Positions 10,197 through 22,535 of a stretch of 60,799 bases of DNA are shown here, piece by piece. This DNA is from Rhodospirillaceae bacterium (GTDB taxonomy: Bacteria > Pseudomonadota > Alphaproteobacteria > CACIAM-22H2). Both the position numbers and the translations under genes were made by a program. Location: positions 1-60,799 of the forward strand of contig SHVT01000002.1 in assembly GCA_009694125.1 (NCBI GenBank). Reading direction: 5' to 3'. The notes under the pieces were generated by a model. It saw nothing but the letters and a program-made list of their open reading frames with translations, had not been told where the DNA came from and did not search any database. Every line of letters begins with the position of its first letter. The stretch's first letter is position 1.

Positions 10197-10825
10197 TCCC
10201 CGATTGATTGGCGCAGTCCGGCGACGACCGCATCGAACATCGCGGGCGTCAGCCTGCCGGTATTCGTGTTGAGCCGGGAACAGTGATAACTGTCGACGAG
10301 CGCCAGTCCGGAGGGAAGCAGGTGCCGCGCGCCATGGGAAAAGGCAAAGCCCCGCAGCCTGAGCGATAGAGCGGCGAGTGCCGCCGCATGCGCAATCGCA
10401 CCCAAGGCAAGGATCGCGCGCAAATTCGGTAAAGCCGCGATTTCATCGCTCAAGAATCCGCGACAGGCCGCGACCTCGGCCGGTTGTGGGCGATTGGCCG
10501 GCGGCACGCAACGCACCGCGTTGGTCACGCGGCAATCGCGCAACGTGAAACCGTCATCGGCCCTTGCTTTGAATGTGCCCTGGGCGAAGCCATGGCGGAG
10601 CAACGTGGGGTAAAGCAGATTACCCGCTTCGTCACCGGTGAAGGGCCTTCCGGTTCGATTGGCGCCCTTCAGCCCAGGCGCCAGACCCACAACCAGGAGT
10701 TGGCCATCAAGCCCGCCGAAGGATTGGACCGGCCCATTGTGCCAATTGGGCGACCGCGCGCGATTGGCCGCGCGAAATTCGACAAGGCGCGGACAATACG
10801 GGCAATCGCGGTCGGGAGCCCTCAC
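10193..10825 (-). CDS. Uracil-DNA glycosylase superfamily protein (family 4/5-like, Fe-S type)
   Basis: 210 aa with an N-terminal Cys pair (CPYCPRL), GLAPGLKGANRTGRPFTGD and SYHCSRLNTNTGRLT. The GTG start overlaps the upstream NYN stop (GTGA). Confidence 0.75.
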   Translation of the reverse strand: MRAPDRDCPYCPRLVEFRAANRARSPNWHNGPVQSFGGLDGQLLVVGLAPGLKGANRTGRPFTGDEAGNLLYPTLLRHGFAQGTFKARADDGFTLRDCRVTNAVRCVPPANRPQPAEVAACRGFLSDEIAALPNLRAILALGAIAHAAALAALSLRLRGFAFSHGARHLLPSGLALVDSYHCSRLNTNTGRLTPAMFDAVVAGLRQSIGD

Positions 10826-11412
10826 GCGCTTTCGAACAGCCGCGGCCCCTGTGGATTGTTGCTCGGCGGGGCCTCGCGCGCGACGGTACCTCGGCTAATC
10901 GCCGGCATCAAGTCCTGCAACTCGACGAAAACATCCGCCTGTCGGCGCAGCTCATCGGCGATCATCGGGGGCTGCGAGCGCGGGGTGGAAACGACGGTCA
11001 CGCGGACGCCCCGGCGTTGCACGGCCTCGACCAACCGGCGAAAATCGCCGTCGCCGGAAAACAACACGATGTGATCGAGATGCTGCGCCATTTCGAGCAT
11101 GTCGATGGCCAGTTCGATGTCCATGTTGCCTTTGATCTTGCGGCGGCCGAAGGCGTCGGTGAATTCCTTCGTTGGCTTGGTAACCATTGTGTAACCATTG
11201 TAGTCGAGCTAATCGCCTAAAGGCCGCATCGGTGAATATTCCTGATCCTCGACCAGAGCCGTGTAGTAGAAAGCTCGAATCAACCTGCCTTTTTCCGAAA
11301 ATTGATCGAGTAGCCGACGATAGTCGATGTCAAAACCGAGAGATCGGGCCGCCGAATAAAGGTTAGATCCGTCGATGAATAGCGCAATTCTTTCAGTCGA
11401 ATGAAAATTCAT
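10822..11412 (-). pseudogene. NYN/LabA (DUF88) domain protein interrupted by one in-frame TAG
   Basis: ORFs 11209..11412 (MNFHSTERIALFIDGSNLYSAARSLGFDIDYRRLL...SPMRPLGD*) and 10822..11187 (...KPTKEFTDAFGRRKIKGNMDIELAIDMLE...FSGDGDF...) are in the same frame. Reading through the TAG at 11209-11211 gives RPLGD*LDYNGYTMVTKP. Confidence 0.8.
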
Positions 11413-11660
11413 AATGAAAAACCCCTATTTTTTAACCTCACCCTTTGCCGACCATAGCCGGTTGGTTGAAGCCCCGCTACCGCTTTCATCACTGGGCAGG
11501 GGCTCGGCGCGGGGGAGCATCGAGCGTTTTTCGGTCCCGCCTCGCATTGAAGGCACCGGCCGGTCATGTTCAGGCGCCAGGCTCGACCGACTCTGCTTGC
11601 CTCCACACTAAATCGTTCATATGCTGAACCTTTTCAGAGGGTATTAGGAAAGTTCGCCAT

Positions 11661-12047
11661 ATGGCCCGCGTTACCGTCGAGGACTGCATCCTTAAGATAC
11701 CGAATCGGTTTGAGTTGGTCATGACCGCCGCGCAGCGAGCGCGCCAAATCGCGGCCGGTGCTCCGCTTTCGCTTGATCGTGACAATGACAAGAATCCGGT
11801 TGTTGCTCTGCGCGAGATCGCTGATGGGACCATCGATCTCGTCGTCCTGAAACAAACCCTGATCCAGGGCATGCAAAAACATGTCGAACCGGACGAACCG
11901 GAGGAGGATCGGATGGAACTCTTGGCTCCCGAGCCAGACCTGTCTGACGATGCGATCGTGGCTGGTACGGGCGCTGACGATGCCGAGGATTTGGCCGAAG
12001 ACTCCGCCGACGGCGCCGTAGCCGACGGTACTGAGGAAAAGGAATAG
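11661..12047 (+). CDS. rpoZ: DNA-directed RNA polymerase subunit omega
   Basis: [30 protein letters not shown] followed by an acidic C-terminal tail. Confidence 0.93.
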   Translation: MARVTVEDCILKIPNRFELVMTAAQRARQIAAGAPLSLDRDNDKNPVVALREIADGTIDLVVLKQTLIQGMQKHVEPDEPEEDRMELLAPEPDLSDDAIVAGTGADDAEDLAEDSADGAVADGTEEKE

Positions 12048-12064
12048 CAGCGGCGGCAACAGCT

Positions 12065-12083
12065 CCCCCGGCGCGGCCGGGGG
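12065..12083 (+). other. GC-rich hairpin in the rpoZ-spoT spacer
   Basis: CCCCCGG-CGCGG-CCGGGGG, a 7-bp perfect GC stem with no downstream U-tract. Confidence 0.4.
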
Positions 12084-12110
12084 CGGGCCGGCAGGACGGG
12101 ATCGCCTAGA

Positions 12111-14255
<2,145 letters not shown>

Positions 14256-14283
14256 ACGATCGAACGCGCGTGGACAGAGTCCG

Positions 14284-15036
14284 ATGAACCGAATCAGACT
14301 GGGCGTGAACGTCGATCACGTCGCGACTCTCCGGAACGCGCGCGGTGCCCGGCATCCCGACCCGCTGCGCGCCGCCCGTGCCGCCGCTCAGGCCGGTGCC
14401 GACAGCATCACGGCTCACCTGCGCGAAGATCGCCGTCATATCAGCGATGACGACATTCGGCGTTTGCGCGGCGAGATCGACCTCCCGCTCAATCTTGAAA
14501 TGGCGGCGACGCCCGAGATGTTGGCCATCGCGTTGGCGGTGCGACCGGCTCACGCTTGTCTCGTACCGGAACGGCGAGGGGAGGTAACAACCGAGGGCGG
14601 TCTCGATGTGGCCGGCGGCCGTCGCCAATTGGCGCCGACGGTAAAGGCGATGGTCGATGCCGGTATCAAGGTAGCCTTGTTTATCGACCCAGATCCGGCG
14701 CAGTTGGATGCCTCTCTGGAGATCGGCGCGCCGGCCATCGAACTTCACACCGGCGCGTATTGCGATGCGACCGGGCGCCGGCAAATCGATGAATCGCGCC
14801 GATTGGTCGCGGCCGCGGAACATGCCGAGAAACTCGGGCTGGAATGCCATGCCGGCCACGGCCTCACCTATGATAATGTTGGCCTTGTCGCCGCCATTCC
14901 CGAGATCGTTGAGCTGAACATCGGGCATTTCCTGGTCGGGGAAGCTATTTTTAGCGGGCTCGGCGAGGCCATTGCGCGAATGCGGACATTGATGGACGAG
15001 TCAAGGCGTGCACGGACGAGGGAGCTTCGGGCGTGA
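14284..15036 (+). CDS. pdxJ: Pyridoxine 5'-phosphate synthase
   Basis: [21 protein letters not shown]...[12 protein letters not shown]...ELHTG. I trimmed to the ATG at 14284. Confidence 0.92.
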   Translation: MNRIRLGVNVDHVATLRNARGARHPDPLRAARAAAQAGADSITAHLREDRRHISDDDIRRLRGEIDLPLNLEMAATPEMLAIALAVRPAHACLVPERRGEVTTEGGLDVAGGRRQLAPTVKAMVDAGIKVALFIDPDPAQLDASLEIGAPAIELHTGAYCDATGRRQIDESRRLVAAAEHAEKLGLECHAGHGLTYDNVGLVAAIPEIVELNIGHFLVGEAIFSGLGEAIARMRTLMDESRRARTRELRA

Positions 15037-15052
15037 CGGTGGTTCGGCGGCG

Positions 15053-15475
15053 ATGATTCTCGGCATCGGCAGCGACATCGTGGACATACGGCGCGTGGAA
15101 CAGACGCTGGCGCGGTTTGGGGAACGGTTCACGATGCGCGTCTTCACCGACGCGGAGCGGCGCCGCGCTGAGGGCCGCATCGATCGGGGGGCAAGTTATG
15201 CCCGACGTTTCGCGGCCAAGGAGGCCTGCGCCAAGGCGCTCGGTACCGGCCTTCGCCGCGGTGTTTTCTGGCGCGACATGGGGGTCGTCAATCGACCCGG
15301 CGGGCAGCCGACCATGAAATTGGCCGGGGGTGCCCGGCGGCGTCTGTCGGAGATAACCCCGGCCGGCATGGAAGCGCGAATCGATGTGAGCCTGACCGAT
15401 GACCATCCGATCGCGCAGGCGATCGTGATTATCTCGGCGGTGCCCAAGAGCGTGGACTCCGCGGCCGCCGAATGA
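15053..15475 (+). CDS. acpS: Holo-[acyl-carrier-protein] synthase
   Basis: [19 protein letters not shown]...[15 protein letters not shown] trimmed to the ATG at 15053. Confidence 0.9.
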   Translation: MILGIGSDIVDIRRVEQTLARFGERFTMRVFTDAERRRAEGRIDRGASYARRFAAKEACAKALGTGLRRGVFWRDMGVVNRPGGQPTMKLAGGARRRLSEITPAGMEARIDVSLTDDHPIAQAIVIISAVPKSVDSAAAE

Positions 15476-15582
15476 CGCCTCAATACGCGAATCGCTCGCG
15501 GCGAACGATCTTGCTTCGGGCAAAGCCTGCCACTATTTGAAGCTTCCCGTGTCTTTTCTGGCGATGAGGGCGACGCGAAACC

Positions 15583-16329
15583 ATGGCCGCGCAAAAGAAA
15601 TCGAGCCTGTTTGAAACGCTGAAGACCCTAGTCTACGCGATCATCATCGCGCTTGGCATTCGCACGATCGCCTTCGAGCCCTTCAATATCCCGTCAGGAT
15701 CGATGATTCCAACGCTCCTGGTTGGCGATTATCTATTTGTGGCGAAATATTCCTACGGCTATAGCCGGCATTCGCTGCCGCTGAGTCAACCCGCCTTCGC
15801 CGGCCGGCTCATGTTTCATGAACCGGATCGGGGCGATGTCGTCGTATTCAAGCTGCCGCGCGACGAGAAAACGGATTACATCAAACGAATCGTGGGACTT
15901 CCGGGAGACACCATTCAGGTAAAAGAGGGCAGCCTCTACATCAATGGAGAGATGGTGAAGCGGGAGCGCGTCGAGGACTATGTGGAGCGTGATCGGTTCG
16001 GCAACGAGACCCGAATTCCGCAATATATCGAGACGCTGCCGAACGGCCGCCGGCACCGCATCGTTGAATTGAGCGACTTCGGCAGCCTGGACAACACGAT
16101 GGTCTATACCGTGCCCGAAGGGCATTATTTCGCCATGGGCGACAATCGGGACAATTCGCTCGACAGCCGCATGCCGACCGCTGTGGGCGTGGGGTTCGTT
16201 CCTGCGGAGAACTTGGTGGGCCGGGCCGAGGTTTTGTTTTTCTCCGTCAACGGCAATGCCCAATTATGGGAAGTGTGGCGGTGGTTCGACGGCATCCGAT
16301 TCAGCCGGTTGCTGCGATCCATCGAGTGA
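15583..16329 (+). CDS. lepB: Signal peptidase I
   Basis: IPSGSMIPTLLVGD, GDVVVFK, YIKRIVGLPGD and GDNRDNSLDSR boxes. Confidence 0.93.
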   Translation: MAAQKKSSLFETLKTLVYAIIIALGIRTIAFEPFNIPSGSMIPTLLVGDYLFVAKYSYGYSRHSLPLSQPAFAGRLMFHEPDRGDVVVFKLPRDEKTDYIKRIVGLPGDTIQVKEGSLYINGEMVKRERVEDYVERDRFGNETRIPQYIETLPNGRRHRIVELSDFGSLDNTMVYTVPEGHYFAMGDNRDNSLDSRMPTAVGVGFVPAENLVGRAEVLFFSVNGNAQLWEVWRWFDGIRFSRLLRSIE

Positions 16330-17081
16330 GCGGGGTTTCCGTCGACCCGCCGCAATCTGTTCGGGAGTCGGTTGCCCCGACCCCGACCCCGGCGCCGCTG
16401 GCAGCTGTCCTTGGCTATGAATTTGCGCGACCGCAGTTGCTCGACAAGGCCCTGACCCATGCCAGCCTCGGGGAACGCGGCAGTGCCGCGCAGGCCCATG
16501 AATTCGAGCGCATGGAGTTTCTGGGCGACCGCGTTCTCGCCCTCGTCGTCGCCGATCTCTTGGTCCGCCGATTCGCGCAGGAACGGGAAGGTGAACTCGC
16601 CCGCCGCCTTGCCGCCTTGGTGAGCCGAGAAGCCTTGGCGACGGTCGCGCGCCGGATTGAACTCGGGCGGTACCTGCGCCTGTCTCGCGGCGAGGATGAT
16701 TCCGGCGGCCGCGACAATCCCGGGGTCCTTGCCGATGCCCTGGAGGCCGTGATTGCAGCCCTCTATCAAGATGGCGGCTTGACGGTCGCGAGGCGATTCA
16801 TCCAGCGGGAATGGATGCCTCTGGTCGATTCCGCGGATGGCCCCCCGCGCGATCCAAAGACTGCTCTCCAGGAATGGGCGCAGGCACGTGGCCGCCCGCT
16901 GCCGACCTATCGCACGGTGGCTGCCGACGGTCCCCCGCATCGCCCGGTCTTCACGGTTGCCGTGACGGTGGAAGGCGAAGAGGAAGCCGTCGCCAGTGGA
17001 AGCTCCAAGCGGGTCGCAGAACGGGCGGCCGCGGAACAACTCCTCAACCACCTGGAAAGGGATCGGCAGGCGGATGATTGA
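16326..17081 (+). CDS. rnc: Ribonuclease III
   Basis: LGYEFARPQLLDKALTHASL...ERMEFLGDRVL signature and a C-terminal dsRBD (KTALQEWAQARG...). The GTG at 16326 overlaps the lepB stop. Confidence 0.9.
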   Translation: MSGVSVDPPQSVRESVAPTPTPAPLAAVLGYEFARPQLLDKALTHASLGERGSAAQAHEFERMEFLGDRVLALVVADLLVRRFAQEREGELARRLAALVSREALATVARRIELGRYLRLSRGEDDSGGRDNPGVLADALEAVIAALYQDGGLTVARRFIQREWMPLVDSADGPPRDPKTALQEWAQARGRPLPTYRTVAADGPPHRPVFTVAVTVEGEEEAVASGSSKRVAERAAAEQLLNHLERDRQADD

Positions 17082-17994
17082 CGAGCCAGCTGAATCCCCG
17101 GTGCGGTGCTGCGGCCTGGTTGCCGTCGTCGGCGCGCCCAATGCCGGGAAATCGACACTGGTCAACAGGCTCGTCGGCGCCAAGGTCACGATCGTTTCAC
17201 CGAGGGTCCAGACGACTCGGACACGGGTTACCGGAATTGCGGTCGCGGGCGCAGCGCAGCTTGTCTTCATCGACACGCCGGGGATTTTCAGATCGCCCAA
17301 GCGCCGGCTGGAGCGGGCCATGGTCGATGCCGCGTGGCGCGGTGCCGCCGATGCCGATGTCGTGCTTCTTGTCGTTGACGCAGCCAAGGGTTTGGACGAC
17401 GACGCCACTCGAATTCTGGAAGGATTGAAGGGCATCCATCGGCGAGCGGTGCTGGCACTCAACAAGATCGACATCGTGAAGCCGCCGGTCTTGCTGCAAT
17501 TGACCGAACAGATCGTCGGAAGCGGCATCATCACCGATACCTTCATGATCTCCGCGATCACCGGCGATGGAGTCGCCGACCTCAGGCGGTTCCTCGTCGA
17601 ACAGATGCCGCGTGGGCCCTGGCTGTATCCGGACGAGCAGCTCTCCGACATGCCGGAGCGGTTGCTGGCGGCCGAAATCACTCGGGAGCAGGTCTTCAAC
17701 CAACTGCGTCAAGAACTCCCCTACGCGATTTCCGTGGAGACGGAATCGTGGAAGGAATTCGACGACGGCAGCGCCAGGGTCGATCAGGTGATTTATGTCC
17801 AGCGTGAAGGGCAGAAAGCCATCGTCCTGGGCAAGGGCGGGGCGCAGGTGAAAAAAATCGGCGCCGCCGCGCGCAAAGAGCTTGAGAGCATCTTGGGACG
17901 CCGCGTGCACCTGTTCCTCCACGTCAAACATCGCGACAATTGGTCGGAGGAGCGCAGCTATTATCGCGATTGGGGGCTCGAATTCGAAGCCTAG
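17074..17994 (+). CDS. era: GTPase Era
   Basis: VAVVGAPNAGKSTLVN, DTPG, LNKID and a C-terminal KH domain (IYVQREGQKAIVLGKGG). The ATG overlaps the rnc stop (ATGATTGA). Confidence 0.93.
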   Translation: MIDEPAESPVRCCGLVAVVGAPNAGKSTLVNRLVGAKVTIVSPRVQTTRTRVTGIAVAGAAQLVFIDTPGIFRSPKRRLERAMVDAAWRGAADADVVLLVVDAAKGLDDDATRILEGLKGIHRRAVLALNKIDIVKPPVLLQLTEQIVGSGIITDTFMISAITGDGVADLRRFLVEQMPRGPWLYPDEQLSDMPERLLAAEITREQVFNQLRQELPYAISVETESWKEFDDGSARVDQVIYVQREGQKAIVLGKGGAQVKKIGAAARKELESILGRRVHLFLHVKHRDNWSEERSYYRDWGLEFEA

Positions 17995-18063
17995 TGTGCA
18001 AATTCGGGGTTAGGCCGAACCGTGCGTCTTCCGGTTGCCTTCGAAATCGGATAGAGCAGGCCC

Positions 18064-18840
18064 ATGGATTGGTCCGATGAAGGCATCGTGCTGGGCTCCC
18101 GCAAACATGGCGAAAGCGCCGCGATCGTCTCGCTGCTGACGCGGAACCATGGCCGGCATGTGGGCCTGGTCAGGGGTGGAGCGGGCCGGACCCGACGCAG
18201 CCTGATGGAGCCCGGTAACTTGTTGGACGCGGCGTGGCGGGCGCGGCTTGCCGACCACCTCGGCACCTATACCGTGGAGCTTGACCGCGCGTATTCGGCC
18301 GCGGTTTTGGACGACCCGCTACGCCTCGCCGTCCTGTCATCGGCCTGCGCCGTCGCCGACGGCGCCTTGCCGGAACGCGAACCTCACGCCACGATTTTTA
18401 CGTCGATGCTTCACTTGCTCGGCGCGTTGACCGGCGAGAATGCGGGTGGCGAGGTGGCGGTTTGGTCCGCGCTGTATGTGCGGTGGGAACTCGATCTTCT
18501 CAGGGATTTGGGTTTCGGCCTCGATCTTACGGTTTGCGCGGCCACCGGCGCGGAGGACGGCCTCGCCTATGTCTCGCCGCGAAGCGGACGCGCCGTTTCG
18601 CTTGCGGCGGGGGAGGCGTATCGCGACCGGCTGTTGTCGCTGCCTCGGTTTCTCGCGGATGGATCGTTGCCGGCCGATATCGATCAGGTCGGGCGGGGGC
18701 TGACGATGACTGGGTTCTTTCTCGAGCGGCACGTCTTTGGCGCGTTGAACAAGCCGCTGCCGGCGGCGCGCGCGAGAATGGCCTCACTCTATCAACGCTT
18801 GGTGGGAAGTGTGCCTTCGGCTACTATATCTAGCAAATGA
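18064..18840 (+). CDS. recO: DNA repair protein RecO
   Basis: [39 protein letters not shown]; size and its position after era fit RecO. Confidence 0.85.
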   Translation: MDWSDEGIVLGSRKHGESAAIVSLLTRNHGRHVGLVRGGAGRTRRSLMEPGNLLDAAWRARLADHLGTYTVELDRAYSAAVLDDPLRLAVLSSACAVADGALPEREPHATIFTSMLHLLGALTGENAGGEVAVWSALYVRWELDLLRDLGFGLDLTVCAATGAEDGLAYVSPRSGRAVSLAAGEAYRDRLLSLPRFLADGSLPADIDQVGRGLTMTGFFLERHVFGALNKPLPAARARMASLYQRLVGSVPSATISSK

Positions 18841-21062
18841 CCGTCGCCAGCCAACCCTCGGGAGACATCCGCGAGAAGCCCTTCGCCGAGGCCTTGGGCG
18901 AACGTTATCTTTCCTATGCGTTGTCGACGATCATGGCGCGGTCGTTGCCCGATGTTCGCGACGGTCTCAAGCCCGTGCATCGGCGTTTGCTCTACGCCAT
19001 GCTTCAACTCCGCCTCGACCCGGCCACCGGTTTCAAGAAATGCGCGCGCGTGGTCGGCGATGTCATCGGCAAATATCACCCGCATGGCGACGTCGCGGTT
19101 TATGACGCCCTTGTCCGCCTCGCGCAGTCCTTCGCCCAGCGTTACCCGCTGGTTGACGGCCAAGGCAATTTCGGGAATATCGACGGTGATAACGCCGCCG
19201 CCATGCGGTACACCGAGGCGCGACTGACCGAGGTCGCCGCCGCGCTGCTTGAAGACATCGACCAGGATACCGTCGATTTTCGGGCAACGTATGACGGCGA
19301 AGGTGAGGAGCCGCTGGTGCTGCCGGCACGGTTCCCCAACCTTCTCGCCAATGGTTCGGCGGGCATCGCGGTCGGCATGGCGACGAGCATTCCGCCGCAC
19401 AACGCGGGCGAGATCTGCGGCGCGCTCCTTCACCTCATCAAATTTCCGAAATCGACCATCGCCAAGCTGGTCGAATTCATGCCTGGCCCGGATTTTCCCA
19501 CCGGCGGCGTCCTCGTCGAGGGGCGCGATTCGGTCATCGCCGCTTATGGCGCCGGGCGTGGCAGCTTTCGTTTGCGGGCGCGGTGGGAGTCCGAAAAAAC
19601 CGGGCTCGGTCAATATCGAATCATCGTCACGGAAATACCCTACCAGGTTCAGAAATCACGGCTGATCGAGAAAATTGCCGAGCTGCTGACCGAGAAGAAA
19701 CTGGCGCTGCTCGCCGATGTCCTGGACGAATCTGCCGAAGACGTGCGGCTGGTGCTGGAGCCCAAAAGCCGCAATGTCGATCCCGCCGTGTTGATGGAAT
19801 CCCTGTTTCGGCATACCGAGATGGAAGTCCGCATCCCGCTCAACCTCAATGTGCTGGACCGGACCAATACGCCGCGCGTGATGAATTTGCGGGAGGCGTT
19901 ACAGGCCTTCCTCGATCACCGCCACGATGTGTTATTGCGCCGCACGCGGCATCGGCTGGCGGAAATCGAGCGCCGGATCGAGGTGTTGGCCGGCTATCTC
20001 ATCGCTTATGTGAATCTCGACGAAGTCATTCGGATCATCCGCGAGGCGGAGGAACCGAAGCCGGCTTTGGTCAAACGTTTCAAGCTGACCGATGCCCAGG
20101 CCGAAGCCATCTTGAACCTTCGCCTGCGTGCGCTCCGCCGCCTTGAGGAAGTCGCGATCCGCAAGGAACATGACACCTTGGGCGCCGAAAAGAAGGATCT
20201 GACTCAGCTTCTAAAGGACGAGGGCCGGCGCTGGAAGGCCATCGCGGCCGAGATCGCCGACATCACGAAACGCTTTGGGCCGGCAACCCCGCTCGGGCGC
20301 CGGCGGACGGAAATTGGGGACGCGCCGGCGCCGATCGTTGTGCCCATCGAGGCGTTGATCGAGCGGGAGCCCATAACCGTCATCTGCTCGACCAAGGGTT
20401 GGATCCGCGCCCTGCGAGGCCGCCTCGCCGATGCGGGCGAGCTAAAGTACAAGGAAGGCGATTCGGCGAAGTTCATCTTGCCGGCCGACAGCACGGACAG
20501 ACTCGTGGTGTTTGCCACCAACGGCCGGTTTTACACAATTGCCGCCGACCGGCTGCCGCGCGGTCGCGGCGATGGCGAGCCGCTCAGGCTGATGATCGAT
20601 CTCGCCAATGACCATGATCTCGTTGCGCTGTTCGCGCACAAGCCTGGCCGGAAATTGGCCCTCGCCGCCGCCGACGGACGCGGTTTCATCGTGGCCGAGG
20701 ACGAGGTCATCGCGCAGACTCGGGCCGGTAAGCAGGTTCTCAACGTTGCGGGTGACGTCGAGGCTAAGGTCTGCGTTCCCGCGGAGGGCGATGCCGTCGC
20801 GGTCGTGGGCGACAACCGCAAACTCTTGGTCTTCAAACGTGAGGAGCTGCCCGAAATGTCTCGCGGACGCGGCGTGATCTTGCAGAAATACCGCGAAGGC
20901 GGTCTTGCCGATCTTAAGGTTTTCACACTCGGCGAAGGCTTGTCCTGGAAGATCGGCGACCGGGTGCGTGTCGAGACCGCGATTGAGCCGTGGATCGGCG
21001 CGCGCGCCCAGGCTGGACGTTTGCCGCCGCAAGGTTTCCCGCGGTCGAACAAATTCGGCTGA
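18837..21062 (+). CDS. parC: DNA topoisomerase IV subunit A
   Basis: 741 aa with [41 protein letters not shown] (catalytic Tyr region) and a C-terminal beta-pinwheel. The length fits ParC rather than GyrA. Confidence 0.9.
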   Translation: MTVASQPSGDIREKPFAEALGERYLSYALSTIMARSLPDVRDGLKPVHRRLLYAMLQLRLDPATGFKKCARVVGDVIGKYHPHGDVAVYDALVRLAQSFAQRYPLVDGQGNFGNIDGDNAAAMRYTEARLTEVAAALLEDIDQDTVDFRATYDGEGEEPLVLPARFPNLLANGSAGIAVGMATSIPPHNAGEICGALLHLIKFPKSTIAKLVEFMPGPDFPTGGVLVEGRDSVIAAYGAGRGSFRLRARWESEKTGLGQYRIIVTEIPYQVQKSRLIEKIAELLTEKKLALLADVLDESAEDVRLVLEPKSRNVDPAVLMESLFRHTEMEVRIPLNLNVLDRTNTPRVMNLREALQAFLDHRHDVLLRRTRHRLAEIERRIEVLAGYLIAYVNLDEVIRIIREAEEPKPALVKRFKLTDAQAEAILNLRLRALRRLEEVAIRKEHDTLGAEKKDLTQLLKDEGRRWKAIAAEIADITKRFGPATPLGRRRTEIGDAPAPIVVPIEALIEREPITVICSTKGWIRALRGRLADAGELKYKEGDSAKFILPADSTDRLVVFATNGRFYTIAADRLPRGRGDGEPLRLMIDLANDHDLVALFAHKPGRKLALAAADGRGFIVAEDEVIAQTRAGKQVLNVAGDVEAKVCVPAEGDAVAVVGDNRKLLVFKREELPEMSRGRGVILQKYREGGLADLKVFTLGEGLSWKIGDRVRVETAIEPWIGARAQAGRLPPQGFPRSNKFG

Positions 21063-21108
21063 TATTGTCCCCGGGGCCAAATCGTTCCGGGCATGAAAGG
21101 AGTCACTC

Positions 21109-21708
21109 ATGGCACGTTTTGCATCCTCGCCATCGGTTCTCATCGACGCGGTGTGGCCCGCCGCGAGCGGCAAGACCGTTCGCCTGATCGCGCTGGTCTT
21201 GATCGGCAATGCGCTTCTTTATCTTTCGGCGAAGGTTCAGGTGCCGTTTTGGCCCGTGCCCATGACCATGCAGACAATGGTCGTGCTTCTGATCGGCGCG
21301 GCCTATGGCTGGCGTCTCGGCGGGGCGACCGTGGCCCTTTATCTGTTGGAGGGTGCGGGCGGCTTGCCCGTTTTCTCGGGAACGCCGGAACGCGGCATCG
21401 GGCTTGCCTATATGGGCGGCCCGACCGGAGGATTTCTATTCGGATTCCTCCTCGCCGCAATGGTCGTGGGGTGGTTGGCCGAAAGGGGATGGGACCGAAA
21501 CTGGCTCAAGATCGCCGTGGCCATGATCGTCGCCGATGTCCTGGTTTTTGGCGTTGGCGCTGCCTGGCTCGGCAGCTTCGTCGGATTGGCGCGGGCCTAC
21601 CAGCTTGGGGTGGAGCCATTCCTGCTCGGCGATGTCTTGAAGATCGCTTTGGCGGTCGCGGCGGTGCAGGCCGGGTGGTGGGGCATCCAACGTCGCAAAG
21701 AGGGTTGA
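21109..21708 (+). CDS. bioY: Biotin transporter BioY
   Basis: 199 aa, polytopic, with VPFWPVPMTMQTMVVLLIGAAYGWRLG...GGPTGGFLFGF. Confidence 0.85.
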   Translation: MARFASSPSVLIDAVWPAASGKTVRLIALVLIGNALLYLSAKVQVPFWPVPMTMQTMVVLLIGAAYGWRLGGATVALYLLEGAGGLPVFSGTPERGIGLAYMGGPTGGFLFGFLLAAMVVGWLAERGWDRNWLKIAVAMIVADVLVFGVGAAWLGSFVGLARAYQLGVEPFLLGDVLKIALAVAAVQAGWWGIQRRKEG

Positions 21709-21721
21709 TCGGCGAGCGCGT

Positions 21722-22486
21722 TCAACCCGCTTGCACTGGGGCCGGCGCCAGGCTGCGCCAACCCTCCGGACCGAGCGCTTCAAGCGGCCGGAAGCGCGCC
21801 TTGTAGGACATCTTCGAGCTGCCGGCGATCCAATAGCCGAGATAAACGAACGGCAAATGAAGACCGCTGCAGCGATTGATCAGCCACAAGATCATGAAAT
21901 TGCCCAATCCACGACGATCCTGTGTCGGATCGAAAAAGCTATAGACGGCCGATAGCCCATCACCCAGGCGGTCGATCAAGCAGCCCGCGACAAGGGAGCC
22001 GTCGCCATCGCGGAATTCGACGATCTGCGTGTGGACCGGGCTGGTCTCGATCATCGATGCAAACGCGGCGAAATCCATTTCGGCCATTTCGCCGCCGTGG
22101 CGCGTGTTTTGATAGATCGAAAACAGCCGGTATTGTTCCTCCGTCGCCTTGGCCTGCCGCGAGGACACCTTCAAATCCGAATTCATCGCCAATATTCGCC
22201 GCCATGACCTTCCGCCGCGACCGGTCGTGGCCTTGGCAAAACCTTTCACGACGACACGCACCGGCACGCAGGCCCGGCAGCCCGGACAGGCAGGCCGGTA
22301 CGCAAAATCCTGGCTACGTCGAAAACCGGCCTGGGATAGAAGATCGTAACGGGCGCCGGCGCCGGCGCCGGTTAATTCCGTGAAGATGCGCCGCTCGGTT
22401 CGGGTCTGCAAATAGGGGCAGGGGGCCGGCGCGGAATAATAGAAGCGCGGCTGGATGTGTAAGTCGTCACGCATACGTCCACGCAC
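21722..22486 (-). CDS. bpt: Arginyl/leucyl-tRNA--protein transferase (Bpt/ATE family)
   Basis: FYYSAPAPCPYLQTRTERRIF..., YRPACPGCRACVPVR and SAVYSFFDP. Confidence 0.85.
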   Translation of the reverse strand: MRGRMRDDLHIQPRFYYSAPAPCPYLQTRTERRIFTELTGAGAGARYDLLSQAGFRRSQDFAYRPACPGCRACVPVRVVVKGFAKATTGRGGRSWRRILAMNSDLKVSSRQAKATEEQYRLFSIYQNTRHGGEMAEMDFAAFASMIETSPVHTQIVEFRDGDGSLVAGCLIDRLGDGLSAVYSFFDPTQDRRGLGNFMILWLINRCSGLHLPFVYLGYWIAGSSKMSYKARFRPLEALGPEGWRSLAPAPVQAG

Positions 22487-22535
22487 GGACTATCGCCCGA
22501 CGACCCAATGCCGTCTGGGCGGTTGCGGTCACACC

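Noticed and set aside
11180-11201. A perfect 11-bp tandem repeat GTAACCATTGT x2 inside the NYN gene, next to the amber codon.
   Set aside because: The reading frame is continuous across it (LDYNGYTMVTKP) and matches the recalled homologue sequence. It is therefore not a recent duplication or frameshift, and it arises from the codons for NGYT/MVT.
11413-11660. A possible sRNA or small ORF (65 aa, 11414..11611) in the 248-bp divergent NYN/rpoZ spacer. I also considered the AT-rich 76..284 spacer.
   Set aside because: I found no tmRNA, SRP, 6S or riboswitch signature, no terminator-like end, and the ORF lacks a Shine-Dalgarno and any family resemblance. The spacers are most simply divergent promoter regions.
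16125-17699. Very long antisense ORFs: 524 aa here, plus 2364..3494, 3692..4798, 4792..5811, 12354..13538, 36556..37707, 39495..40496 and 53612..54676.
   Set aside because: Each lies exactly opposite, or out of frame within, a strongly recognisable gene. Their Arg/Ala/Gly/Pro-rich composition is low-complexity, which is typical of stop-poor shadow frames in high-GC DNA. None shows a family signature.
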